A stretch of DNA of 64,000 nt from Perna viridis (Eukaryota): the NCBI GenBank assembly GCA_037379345.1, contig CM074522.1, forward strand, positions 868,001 through 932,000, given 5' to 3'. Shown one piece after another: positions 13,802 through 27,300 of this stretch (positions are counted from its first letter, which is position 1; each line of letters begins with the position of its first letter). The position numbers and the translations under genes were made by a program. The notes beneath the pieces are model-generated. The model did not search any database, was not told the DNA's origin, and saw only the letters and a program-made list of their open reading frames with translations.

Positions 13802-13992
13802 TTCACCCTATTGTTGTCTATGTTGGTTTCTGTTTATTTTAGTTTTTTTTTATGATAACTCATTAAAACTTACCTGTCTTATTGAAATATTAACACTGTT
13901 CCTAGGGACTTGGTGGAGAGCCCTGAAGTTTACGGAGGTGTGTGTCTCACCCAAAAGGAATTAAACGTGGGAAAATGGGTGTTGGCATTAGA

Positions 13993-14735
13993 ATAGAGGT
14001 ACTTACCTGTCTGAGCTGTGTAGGTCTCAGTGTAGAGGTACTTACCTGTCTGAGCTGTGTAGGTCTCAGTGTACAGGTACTTACCTGTCTGAGCTGTGTG
14101 GGTCTCAGTGTAGAGGTGCCTCCCTGTCATAGCTGTGTTAAGGTCTCAGTGTAGAATTACTTATCTGTCTGAGCTGTGTAGGTCTCATTGTAGAGGTACC
14201 TTTCTGTCAGAGCTGTGTGGTTTTCAGTGTAGAGTTACTAATCTGTCTGAGCTGTGTGGTTTTCAGTGTAGAGGTACCTTTTTGTCTGAACTGTGTGGTT
14301 TTCAGTGTAGAGGTACCTTTCTGTCTGAGCTGTGTGGTTTTCAGTGTAGAGTTACTAATCTGTCTGAGCTGTGTAGGTTTCAGTGTAGAGTTACTAATCT
14401 GTCCGAGCTGTGTGGGTCTCAGTGTAGAATTACTAATCTGTCTGAGCTGTGTAGGTCTCAGTGTAGAAATACTAATCTGTCTGAGCTGTGTAGGTCTCAG
14501 TGTAGAGTTACTAATCTGTCTGAGCTGTGTGGGTCTCAGTGTAGAGTTACTAATCTGTCTGAGCTGTGTGGGTCTCAGTGTAGAGTTACTAATCTGTCTG
14601 AGCTGTGTAGGTCTCAGTGTAGAGTTACTAATCTGTCTGAGCTGTGTGGGTCTCAGTGTAGAGTTACTAATCTGTCTGAGCTGTGTAGGTCTCAGTGTAG
14701 AGTTACTATTCTGTCTGAGCTGTGTAGGTCTCAGC
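13993..14735. repeat. 39-bp minisatellite, about 19 copies
   Basis: Unit tagagttactaatctgtctgagctgtgtaggtctcagtg. Confidence 0.95.
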
Positions 14736-15419
14736 TCTGTAATGTCTACATTTTACTCACTGTAATATAACATTTAACTTCTCATTTAGAATAGAAATCT
14801 TTTTACTCTACAGTTGATTGCCAGACTCTTTTGAAAACTAAATAAATATTTTACTGATGAAACATTCCATGCATAGTGAGAAGATTACTTCTAAGCTTTG
14901 TCCACCGAGACTCATTCTTGTGATCTTAACGTCACTTCTTTCTCTCATCTCAGGAAACCCATCCTTATCCATGTGACATCATAATGTATTACAACAGAAT
15001 GATTCCATGGAGAATTTCTGAAAGACAATATCATTATTTAATCACATTAGTTTTTTTTCAAATTTGGCATTTGGTAAATATCATACTTTGTCTAGTATAT
15101 TGATAATTGATGTCTTTGTTTTTATAATGTATAACTTGACTTTTTTCTGTTGCATTCTGGACCATTAATCAGTTACTGTCTGAATAAACATGTTTGAAAA
15201 TATATATCTGTATGTAAACTTAAGGGATTTAAATGTACATTGTATGCTTTATACTAATTATGGCAAAGAGTTTTATGTTCATCCTTGTTGCTTTATGGCT
15301 TTGGTATTCTGCTTTACATTTGTCTGTTCTATACCTGTTAACCTCTTTTCATGTGGGAAATTCTCCCCAATGTCTGTTCCATAACAGTTAACTTCTGTTC
15401 ATGGGGAAATTCTCCCCAA

Positions 15420-15910
15420 TGTCCGTCTGTCTGTCCGTAAAAAATTCATGTCTGCTCTATATCTAAAATATTGTTATAATTTCATACTTTATACTTAATG
15501 TGTATATTAACCAACACCAGAGGGTGTGTCATAATGTATGTACAACTTCCTAGGTCAAAGGTCAAGGTAAAAAAACTTTGATGTCAGTTGACAACCCCAT
15601 GTCCTGTGGTAAAGATCGTATCCACCCTATATCTTGAGAACCATTATGATTTCAAAGTTAATACTTGACATGTATATTAACTAACACCAGAGGGTATGTC
15701 ATAATGTTTGTATAACTTCCTAGGTCAAAGGTCTGTCTGTTGTTCATACTGTCCATCTGTCCATTCTTAACAAATCTTAGAATAAAATCTCACATAACGA
15801 GACTATGTAATAACTTCAAATAATGCTGCATATCAGCTTATTTACCACATGTTATTGACAGCGGGTCCCACAGAGATGGCTCCCATCTCAATGATATCTA
15901 GTTGTTTTTG
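15420..15910 (+). mobile_element. Helentron-like fragment with duplicated core
   Basis: gtcc/gtct microsatellite, two cores of about 170 bp ending aacttcctaggtcaaaggtc; the 3' segment cccacagagatggctcccatctcaatgatatctagtt is shared with 3524-3560. Confidence 0.5.
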
Positions 15911-16294
15911 TGACATTCTCGCTCTCAAGTGAGAGGATTAACAGGTATGAATTCAAAAAGCTGTTTTTATTTCCACTGGACAAAGTGGCTGGAGCATTTA
16001 GTGTTTTATTTGTCCATTAGTCTGTTATTTAGCAATTTTTGGGGATTTTTTCTTAATGCTCACAGATAATAAATGGTCTTTGATATGTGAAATATATTTA
16101 GCTACACTTAGAGGCTATGTTTTCACTTTAGTGGAGTACAAAATACAGGACATGGACTCAAGACATTTCAATTTTCTTTTGACTGTTAGTGGTTCTGTTT
16201 TCAGAAACAAAAATGTTTCAAACACCATATCATGGACTTAAATATCTATCAAGCTTAAAAATGTAAATATTTGCCTTTAATGTTCTGTGTTCAA

Positions 16295-16506
16295 CTTTTG
16301 CTGCAGCCACTTTTGTGTAGCTCCTGCCTTTTGCTGTGGGGCTTTTGTGTAGCTCCTGACTTTTGCTGTGGGGCTTTTGTGTTGCTCCTGCCTTTTGCTG
16401 TGGGGCTTTTGTGTTGCTCCTGGTTTGCAATGTAGCTCCTGATTTTTGATATTTTGTGTAGCCCCAGATTTGTTGTTGGGGCTTTTGTGTAGCTCATGAC
16501 TTTTGT
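16295..16506. repeat. 32-bp minisatellite, about 6 copies
   Basis: Unit ttttgtgtagctcctgccttttgctgtggggc. Confidence 0.85.
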
Positions 16507-17319
16507 CAATTGCTTTCTCATACATTGAGTTAAATTGAGTGTGTATGTAGTTACATGTTGAGCTCATTGAGTTATTAAGACATCATTGTGGTATCCACAC
16601 ATTCATCTAGATAAAGAGGAAAAAATAGGTTTGTAATATTGTGAAAATATGCCTCTTTCAAGGGTTTTGAAATGGATTTATATTCTTTAGGGGATTTTGC
16701 AGAATTTTTTATATTTTAATATTTTGCTGTTGTCATTTAGTACTAACATATTCAGTTTTTTTTTTAAACTGGCATTTAAATTTCTTTAAAACATTAATAT
16801 ATTCTGATCTATCAGTTACTGCTATGGGTAACAAATTACAGTGCACTACTTATGTAACTTAATGGAAAAAATAATGCATGGTTAAAAATGACATTTATAT
16901 GTCTCTTTGTTTTCTGATGCATGTATCACTTTACATTTCATATTTATATAATGGATGCAGTAGTTTGTGTTTAATGTATTGGTCTGCTAGCTTGTCTATT
17001 AATCATTTAAATGTTGGCTTGGTTTGCTATTCAATCTGTGTACTTTTAGATCATCATGGGACGGACTTATATTACACATGTACTGGAGATAAAACACTTG
17101 TAGTTTTTTCTTGTGCTCTAAGTTCAGCTTTAAGAAAGAAAGTTCTTAATCTAATATTTACTCAGGCCTTCAACTGGTCCTATATTTCCTATATAATCCC
17201 TGTCTTTTTTGGCAATGTTCTATAATCCCTATATTTTTGTTTAAAATTGCCCTTTCCCCTATATTGTCCCTATAAATTGAAATTAATTGGTTGAAAACAT
17301 TAAAAAGTTGGTTTTTTTT

Positions 17320-17490
17320 TTTCCTCCTTGATTTGATGGTAAAACCTGTTTTTCTACATGTATTCATGACTGATGACTTAATTCATCATATTGAAGAAAA
17401 GTTGGGATTTTATTTCTCCTCGATTGGATAGTAAAACCCGTTTTTCTATATGTATACATGACTTATGACTTAATTCATCAAATTGAAGAC
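17320..17490. repeat. Tandem duplication with 92-bp period
   Basis: gtaaaacc...atgacttaattcatca.attgaaga at 17339 and 17431. Confidence 0.75.
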
Positions 17491-18664
17491 AGGTATGTTT
17501 TATTTCACTTTCTCAAAATCTGATTTTTCTTAACATGTAATACATGACACTCAACAACATGATACCAAGACAGCTTTGACAGTCTGTAAATCTGTGGTTA
17601 CTGAAGACTTCAAGATGTTCCAAAGCTGCTTTGGTTTCCCATTTGGTGTAGTAAAGTCATTTACAGGACATGAATTAAGTGTGTATGTTAGATTTGATGT
17701 CATTTGGTAAGAGTTTTCATTATAATGAGGTGAACATGATGAATAAGATGTGTGTGTCAAGAGTATAATGTAGTGCTAAATTTATAAAAATCACCCTATA
17801 ATATTCTTTTACTTCATCAGATTTGCCCTGTCATACCCTTTTTTAAAAATTTTCTGGAAATTTAGTCCTATTAAAAGCCTAATTGTTTAACCAACACCCA
17901 CCTGAATGCCGGCTTACTGTACAAGGGGCAATAACTCAGTTTTAATTTTGTGTCTCATTTATAAGATGATTAAAAAACATTTTCCTAATATGAGATTGAT
18001 ATTTTACCTTATATGGCAAATGATTTCCAAGATTTAGAAGTGATAGCCCTCAGATGCTATGGGAATTGGAGCATCAGTTTAAAATTTATATGAACTGTTT
18101 TTTTTCTCACGGAGACTATAGGACATTATGTGTTAAGTAAACTAGTAGAAATAACTCCTCTAGCTCTCTAGGACAGTTGATAAATGGGAACAGATTTTCA
18201 TGTTGTATTACATTCCCTGATCTGCTCAACTATAAAAAGGATCGATGACCAATCTAAAATTACAGATAAAGTTTCGTCTAAATTTCAGATATGAAAAAAA
18301 AATGAAAGCTATTTTCACTTAACTTGACTTTAAATTATTTAATTCATGAATTGTATTTAATTTTTAAAAAAGCAAGTAAAAAAGAAAAGTAATTGAAGTT
18401 ATTTCTTAGGTTAAACTATTTAGTAGTTTTTTGTGAAAAGGAAGAATATATGATATTCAATGGCAATGATCATGATTTTATTGGTCGTGTTTGACATATT
18501 GATGGCTGATCTGTAATGGAACAACAAATGATGAAGGACTGAAATAATATGGTAGTTGCATGGATTGCTTCAGGTCAAATTCACCTGTTATGGAAAAAAG
18601 ATGTTAGATTTTCAAATGATTTTGTCACAAACAGTGCCTATTGTTTTATTACAAATTATTAGTA

Positions 18665-19790
18665 AAACTCTCTACATGTATTAGAACTCTACATGTATTA
18701 GGAAAGAGTAATCAACTCTACATGTATTAGGACAATCTACATGTGTTAGGACACTCTACATGTGTTGGAACTTAATATATGTATAAGAACTTTCTACATG
18801 TACATGATATAGTAGCATTTTCTACAAGTATTAGAACTCTCTTCATGTACATGATGTATTAGCATTTTCTACAAGTACAAGAACTCTCTTCAAATGTATT
18901 AGGACTCATCTGTATACATGTATTAGAACTCTCTACATGCTTGCAAAGATCCTCATTGTGGATAACAAAATTTTATTGGAACCCATGCAAGCCATGAGGT
19001 AGTAATGGTGGAAAGCAGTTTTATTGCAATTTATGCTTGGAAAAATCTTGTTGTGGAAAACAAACAATTATTGCAACTGATGCAGTCTTAGAAGTCTTCA
19101 TACTGAAAAACAAAGTTTATTGCAATTCATACAGTAAGAGAGGTCTTCATGTTGGAAAACAAAGTTTTATTGCAGTCCATGTCTACAAAGGTCCTATTGG
19201 TGAAACCAATGTTTTATTGCAATTTACGATGCAAAGGTCTTCATGTTTTGCAACTCAGGTTTGCAGAGGTTCACATGGTGGAAAACAAAGTTTTATTGCA
19301 ATTCATACAAGCTGAGTGGTACTAGTGGCAGAAAACAGTTTTATTGCAATTCATGTCTGCAGAAGTCCTCAATGTTGAAAACAATGTTTTAATAAACAAT
19401 TCATGCTTGCAAAAATACTCGTGGTAAAAAAAAAAATTTTGTTGCAACTCATGTAGTCTTAGAAGTCATCATGGCAGAAAACAAAGTTTTATTGCAATTC
19501 ACACAAACTGAGAGGTATCATTGGTGGAAAACAGTTTTATTGTTTGCAAAGATCCTCATGGTAAAGAAACAAAGTTTTATTGCAAATCATGCATTAAAGG
19601 TCCTAATGGTGGAAAACAGTTTTATTGTTTGCAAAGATCCTCATGGTAGAAAAACAAAGTTTTATTGCAAATCATGCATTAAAGGTCGTAATGTTGGAAA
19701 ACAGTTTAATTGTTTGCAAAGATCCTCATGGTAGAGAAACAAAGTTTTATTGCAAATCATGCATTAAAGATCCTTGTGGTGGAAAACAGC
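18665..19790. repeat. Two abutting degenerate minisatellites (about 19 bp, then about 37-45 bp)
   Basis: ctctacatgtattagaa units to about 18940, then ggaaaacaaagttttattgcaa...ctcatggt units that form a dimer of about 80 bp at 19525-19790. Confidence 0.8.
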
Positions 19791-20737
19791 AGATTGTGAT
19801 GTAGTTTCTATCTGACTTTTAAAACTGTCAGATCTCAGTCTCTTCGTGACAACAACAGAAAATGTTAGCTCATTCCATTCACAAACAAAGGCATTGATTA
19901 ACATCATCCACCAATACCATTTCCTGACAAAATATTAATTGTAAACTGACTTTGCAGAATGTATTGTACATTGCATAGAAGTATACCTCAATAACCCCAT
20001 ATCTGTCTTAAGACTGCTAAATCTCCTTTTGTTTTTAACCGCTTGTTTGGTTATTACTAGTCATCTGAACATAATTTAGAATTATAATCTATGAAAAGTG
20101 ATATCTCTTGGTCTGAAGTTCAGGGAAACAAACCAAGTAAACTGGTACCATTATTTTAAAATCATAATGGATTTTGATGAAGATAATGCAAGAGTGTGGA
20201 TAAAAGAAGAGAATGAACAAGAACCAGAACTGGACTCACTGTCAGATTGGGTAAAAGTCTCTGGTACGAAGTCGCAATTGTGATCTTAAACACTACATAA
20301 TTGATCACTCAGTACACCCCTTCTCTTTACTAGAATAATTCTAAATTCTCAAATTTGTTGCATTTAAATGAAATAGAAAAAAAAGATATTCCACCTATGG
20401 TTAAAAATTTTAGTTTATTATTAGGGGACTTGCGGGTTAAATTGTCCATTATTGAAGACCTGTAGAAGTTTAATTGTTTGTTGTATTTGATGGATGACTG
20501 TCTCATTGGTAATCATACTACATGTATCATTATGTTGTACTGAGGGAACATTTGTTAAGCAGTTTTAAGGTGTAAAAAGTCAACATATAACTACAGATAT
20601 TAGTGTAAGTACTTCCAATCATGATACTCCTCTGTCATAAATGTTTGTAATGAAACTTTTCAGTGATGGTTTGTTATCCAATTAAGAGGATGATTCTATT
20701 AATATAAGGGTATTAATATCTTGAAATTCAAAGTGGT

Positions 20738-21115
20738 TATAAGTGGGAAATATTGAGCCAGCACATATTGATAGTCTGTCTGCACTTACAAAATCATTAA
20801 GCATGTATAAAGTGGGAGTCATTTAGCCTAAGTGGAGGTTTTTTAGCCTACATAAAGTGGAGTTATTGAGCCAGCACATAGCTGGAGTCTTTTAGATACA
20901 TGTGCAAAGTGGGAGCCTGAGTTGGAGTTTGTGAATTTACACATAGTTGAAGTTATTGAGTGTAAATTTGAGTTTTATTGCCTACACACAGTGGGGGGTA
21001 TTGAGTCAGCACATAGTGGGAGTGTTTTTGCATGTACAAAGTGAAAGTTATTGAGCCTTTTATTCATCAAATAATGGGAGTTATTTAACTTGCATAACAT
21101 ATGAATAATTGAGTT
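20738..21115. repeat. Degenerate minisatellite of about 27 bp
   Basis: Recurrent aagtgggagttattgagccagcacat. Confidence 0.65.
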
Positions 21116-21117
21116 TG

Positions 21118-21413
21118 TACAGTCCCTGAACTGATCCACACAACGATCACTGACTGATTGCTGACAGATCAATAAACAATGACCGCTCACTGATCTGATT
21201 GCAGTTTTGTTATTTAAAATGACAGATGATCTGTAAAAAACATAAAATAACAGTATTAATTGATGTTTTAATCTACTGCCTAATGTTTATATGTGTAAAA
21301 TTGACATATATAACAACGGAATGTGTAAAATATATTGACCACTCTGTGGTAATTTGATGCAATCACCGCTTTTAATGGCTCAGTTTGACAGACGGACCGG
21401 TTCAGGTACTGTA
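21118..21413. mobile_element. TA-flanked MITE (family also at 1-59 and 40137-41073)
   Basis: TACAGTCCCTGAAC ... GTTCAGGTACTGTA TIRs. Confidence 0.7.
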
Positions 21414-21543
21414 TGAAGTGGATATCCTGTATTAAGCATTAGTAATTAAGCTTGTACTAAATAGAAATCATTCATCCTGTTCATTAAGTGGAAGCCATTG
21501 TGCCTGTACTGAATAGGAATTATTTAGTCTGCTCACTCTGTCA

Positions 21544-21975
21544 AAAGAGTAATCAAGGGAACCAAGGTTATAGCGGTAATTAAAAGAATGTAATCCAGGG
21601 ACAAAGACCTGACATGGAAAACAGACATACACAACAAAGAACATACAAAAAATAAAATCATTCATACAAAGTAACAAAATCAAATGAGCAACTCAGACTC
21701 CATTAAAAACTGGGAGCATGGACCAGGTGCACCGGTAGGGTAAGCGTCCTCTGCTTTCTAGAAACACCCGCCGAGTTGCTCATAAAAAGTCAAGTCCGGG
21801 TGTAGACAAGCGAGGAAAGGAAAACCATGACCCGTTGAATAATTCAGTTTTGGTGGTGCAGATGGGTACACCATAACGATCCACGAGTTCAGGATGACGA
21901 CCATAGAACTTCTGTAGTGATGACTTCAATCTTGTAGCAACATAACCCTTATCCAGAAGCCTATTTGTAAAAGTA
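21544..21975 (-). mobile_element. Penelope-like element, 5'-truncated copy
   Basis: Minus strand encodes TNRLLDKGYVATRLKSSLQKFYGRHPELVDRYG..., followed by the same 3' segment as 37128-37379. Confidence 0.8.
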
Positions 21976-24006
21976 TGAATTGAGTTTGCTCATAAGTAGT
22001 CAATTTATGCTGCTGTTTAGCAAGTAATTAGGCTTGTGTCAAAGCATCTTTTTATAAAAATATGATTACATATAACTTAAAATTTATACATAATGAAATT
22101 GTTTTAAGGTATGTAAAATATTCAATTGTTCTCATTGACAAATGCTGAATTGGACATTTGTGTTGTTTGTTTACCTTAATTTCCTTCATGTCAATCTTAG
22201 TAACAGTTATATATAAGGACTATTCGTTTATCATGGAAATTACCTTGGTATTTGTATGGCTAAGTCAGAGGAAAATGTCATGGTATCCAATTAATGTCAG
22301 GGAATTCTGTTGTGAAGAACAGATCAGGATTAATTTGGCTTCTTTGGCTCTGGTGATGACTTTGAAGATGAACTTGACATAGAGCAAAACACTCATTGAT
22401 CGAACGTTTGTCTAAACAAGAACGCCAGCTTCTAATTATCTCCTTCACGGAGTCAGGCATTAATGATAGATCAGGAAATATCCTGATTCTCAATGTATTG
22501 AATAGTTTGTACAGTTCTATTGGAAAGAGGTCTTTTAATAATAACAAATTTGAAATACAAAAACAAAACACATCAGGTTGATTTGGTTTGTTGCTAATGG
22601 TGTGTTATATTACTAGTATTATCCCAAATGTGGGACATGTTGTGTTACATCAGTGGAATATATTGTATCAGTTAAATGAGTGCCCTGTGTAATGAAGCTC
22701 TCTGATATCAGATTAAGCTGTCATTGTGAACCAAGATTAAAAGGGAATTATGGGTAAAATTGTCGGTATACACCAATGGATTTAACATCAAAGCGCAGAA
22801 ATGTATTGATTTTCTTTAAGAATCATTAGATAGTTTTTTTGGAAGCATCGGTTTAAAGTAATACTTTGGAATCAAATGCTTCTGCTCATCAAAATTGAAT
22901 TAAGTTCCTTGTGTGGGGGAACATTATTAAGACTGCAGGACTTCCATTAAATGCTGAATGATTCCCGGAATGTAAATTTAAGTAAGCAGTTTGAGTACTT
23001 AGAATGGATAAGGTTGATAAGCACCATGATTTGTGATTATTTTGGACCATGGTATAAAGCAGAGAGAGATGATGACAAAATGTTACAGATTTTCTCTCTT
23101 TAAAGTACAAGTATCAGGACTAATTAAAGATTTATGTTTTGAACTGAATCATAAGACTAATTATAACGTCGGAAATTAAAAGCTTTAAAAATGAACTAAT
23201 TACATCTACTTTCCATCACTTCTGTGGACCTTCCAAGATGACATAGATGTGGAATGATTTTTGTCTAAGATTGTAGGGAAACCACAGAAGATACAGTAAA
23301 ATAGGAGTGCTCTGGAAAATTGTTAAACTTCATCTCAATGATTGCTGATTGGATGAAATTTGATATTTTCAATCAAATAATGTATAGAATAAAACCAACA
23401 CAAATTTGGAACTAAACATTATGGGAATATCCTCGGAATCATGATACATGTAACGATTTCCTGATTATATGTTTACACACCACAAGTTCCTGAGGGATCC
23501 AGAAGAAATTCACCATAAGATTAACTTGACAGGTGGCGCATAAAACTTGGCTTATGATCATGGTTTTCTTATTATGATGTGTTGTGAGAGCTATAATGTT
23601 TATTTTGTGAAAAAGTGTGCTGAAATATTTTTTCAGGTTTGTAATTGAAAAAAAACAAAAAGACAGCATAAACTCTCTGGTAACTTGTTAACTGTATGTA
23701 AATTTATAGAAACATTTATTTCTGATTAACCCTCATAGGATATAATAGAAACTAGTCATTCCATACCTTCAGTATGAGTGAGACCTATGGAGGAGTTTGA
23801 GATGAAGGCTTACAGGGTTGCTGAAGGAAATTGATTTTATGTCAAAAGACAAATAAAGCAGGATGAAACCTCTAAGTTTCTAAAGGATTAATACAGATTA
23901 CCCTCAACAGGCAGGAACCATCCTTAGCCAACGTTATATGAGGTGATAGGATTGTACATGTAGTAATGTAAACTTTGTTATTTGTGGAACAAAACTGTAT
24001 AATATC

Positions 24007-24340
24007 ATGGGGTTTAAAAAATCCAACAGAATTCTTCACAGATTCTGCCTTATTTTATGTCTCATGCATAAAGATGTGAGGGGCTGCTACAAGTATCCAG
24101 AAGGTCAACACGACCCCTGTGATGGGGTCATATGTAAGTTTAGCGGCATGTGTATTCCTGCTAGTGACGGGATTAACCATGTCTGTAAATATCCAGACAG
24201 GTGTGATAATTATGGAGACAGTACTGATAGTATACCAGTTTGTGGAGATGATAACACAGATTATCCCAATGCATGTGAAATGAGGAGAGTAGCATTTAGT
24301 CAGATGAAAAATATTACTGTTAAATATTACGGAAAATGTG
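24007..24340 (+). CDS. AGRN: Agrin exon: probable start codon, signal peptide and follistatin domain 1
   Basis: ATG in atcATGg context; MGFKKSNRILHRFCLILCLMHKDVRG/CYKYPEGQHDPC...YYGKC; donor G|GTAAGT at 24341. The 5' boundary is less certain because phase-1 AGs also precede 24074 and 24101. Confidence 0.85.
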
Positions 24341-27300
24341 GTAAGTACCAATGTCAAAGACCTTCTGGTTTACGTAGTTCAGTTTTAAAGCCAACAAGTA
24401 ATCCACATGCCTGTATGTATGTAATGTTTCCAGATGATGATTACAGAACTTTTTAAGCAGACCTTTTCAAATTATTTATAAAATTCAGACCAAGTACATG
24501 TATTTATGGTGTATACTGTATTTTCTATTCAGGAGTTATGTCAAATTATCACTAAGACAAAGGAGTTATGTCCCCTTTTTACTTAGACAAAGGAGTTGCA
24601 ACCCCTTTGTGCTTAAACAATGGGGTTATATGGAATTTTCACTTAGGCAAGGAAATTATGACAAGTTTTCACTTAAAGAAAGGAGTTTTGGCCCATTTTC
24701 ACAGACAAAGGATTTATGTCCCATCTTTACTGAGCCAAAGGAAGTATCGCCTCTTTGTACATAAACAAAGGAATAATGGTCCATTTTCACTTAAACAAAG
24801 GAGTTATTGCCCCTTTGCACTTAAACAAAGGAGTAATGGCCTATTTCACTTGAGACAAAAGAGTTATTGCTTATTTTCACTATTACAAAGGAGTTACTGC
24901 TCTTTTTCAGTGTGAATACAGGATTTATGACCCATTTTTACTTAGGCAAAGTAGTTATGACCAATTTTCACTTTGGCTAAAGGATTTATGGCCCATTTTC
25001 ACTAAGACAAAGGAGTTGTGGCCCTTTTTCATTATGACAGAGGAGTTGTGGCCCTTTTTCACTATGTCAAAGGAGTTTTGGATCATTTTCACTGCTTGAG
25101 TACAGGACATCTTTGGTACCTGATCAACATTCTATAGGTAATTTAGAAATCTCTCATCTTCTGCATCTTTTCTGCTATACCATCAAATCAAGAAATCAAA
25201 TTATAAAATAAATGTTTACCTCATGTGAATGTAACTCCTTGTTGTCTATGGAGAAGATCACAACAAACTTTGGTTTACCTGATTAAAATAGGAGGCTGTC
25301 AGCCAACTTATTTTACAAGTAATTAATTTTTACAAATTTTGCAAGCAAGAAAGACTGGCCAAATTAAATAGAATTACACAGAAAAACAAAAGAGAATATC
25401 AGTTTGAAAGAAAGGCAACATGAGTTTAAGCTTGTTGGCTGTCTGATTTGCTGTATAAATTCAAATTTCAGTGCTTATAGCAATAATGGCTTTAGTCAGG
25501 AGATTAGTTTTGATTGTTATATGTACTCTATGTGAACAAGTTTATTATAAATGAGAATGTCAGTAAATGTTTTGTAGTTACTTCATCCTTGGTTTATGTC
25601 TGATTACCAATTAAGAGTAAATTGATGTAAATAATTCATTTTAATATATGTTTTGTTACAAATGTGTAATATTGTAGTGGTTTTAAGTTCAATTCCATGA
25701 CATTTCCTGTTATGGGAAATAATGTATGGAAGAATTGCTTCATTTTATGACTATAATGATAAAGAATTAAATATATGACATTCTAAAAGACAGGTAACAT
25801 AACTGCATGAATTATGAACATGTGTTTAAAATCCTGCTACAATGTATTGCCTGTCATAAGTGTTGATTTATGATGCATTTCAATGTAATCTTCCCATATG
25901 CTAAATTCACAATATACAATGCTTTCCCTGGACTATACCTTAACCTCTATCTAAAGAAGACTATATATTGGCAATGATTCCAAATGTGTCAGGACACAAT
26001 TCTCAAAATGGCATTGGTGTTAGAAGACTTGTAGCGAAACACTGGTCACCAAACTGAGGGATCTATAAATAGTATGGAGAATCCCATCGTTTTCACAAGA
26101 AATAGGGTATATTTAGAAATCTTTTTCTCCTAAACCATAAATACATGTGGTATAGAGAAACATTAAATACATACAGCAATTGAAATAAATTACAAAAAAT
26201 AGCATAACATCATGTTCAGTGTTCACACAGTAATGTTGTTTGTCTCTTAGAATGTCAGGAAGAAGGACCTGGTCTTTATCAAGATTAATGGTCCACTTGA
26301 GAAAAACCTTAAGTCCTTTTTAAAGTGTCAGTGAACAGCTTAACCTTCTGAACCTAGGTAATTGAATTTCCGAAGGTCGTAGGTCAGAATTAGAGGTCCT
26401 GGACTACTGACTACTAAGTATACTGAGTCCTCAGGACGTGTTGGTGAAATGTCAAATTACATTGTCACTGGTTTCTGACAATGTTATAACCACTGTCTGA
26501 TTCTTACAAGGACTGATACTGAAAGTTTTATTGCTGCATTGTTTTGTTAAAATTTATCTTAAGAACTTTTTATTTTTTGCATTCATGGCAGGGTCAAGAT
26601 ATCCATCCACAATAGAATGTTTTCTATAACTTTATCAAGGATGAATAGCATTCAGAATTCAATGAAGAAATTACACAATAGTATTATAGAAATCAATTCT
26701 TTAATGAAATCGGACAAACTGCATCACCATATCACAATTAAATCAGTAGTCAGCAGCGTTCCACCGAGCTTTTAACGTTAGCGTGGTAAAAATCAATACA
26801 GTCTGAAGATCCAAGCTTTCTCACTAGGAAAGGAAATATATTATTAGTTATTTTAACGTGGCGAGAAAATGTTCTCTCGTGGGATTTCTCGTCATTAATC
26901 TAATCTACAACAAAAATCAATGTTTAGATGAAAATCAAACTTCACCATTCCAGTACACAGTGTAGGTTTTATTAGTCTCAAATGTAGTCTCATGGGAATT
27001 TGGATACAGAAATTTGATACAAATTGCGTGAATCATTTTGGAATTGGAATGAATGGGTCTATGGCCCTTGACTTGTAATTAAAATGGAAAAAATCGTATT
27101 TCACATTTGTGTAAAGAAATCTATTTGTATTAAATATGGCCTAAATTTAATTTTCCAGATTGACATATTTGATATAACTGGAAAACTTTCCAAATTTTAT
27201 ACATATATATACAATTGTTGATACCTCTGAAAGTAATCCACATTTGTTAATAAAATTTTGTAGGAAGATTTTTAATCATGAGGGAATAAACTGGGTAGTA

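Noticed and set aside
14135-14770. 211-aa and 182-aa Cys-rich repetitive ORFs
   Set aside because: They are by-products of a 39-bp (13-codon) minisatellite. Several frames are open at once and there are no convincing splice sites or unique coding flanks.
22334-22399. FGFFGSGDDFEDELD, resembling a GAG attachment exon
   Set aside because: It is bounded by in-frame stops, with no AG acceptor after the upstream stop and no donor before the downstream stop.
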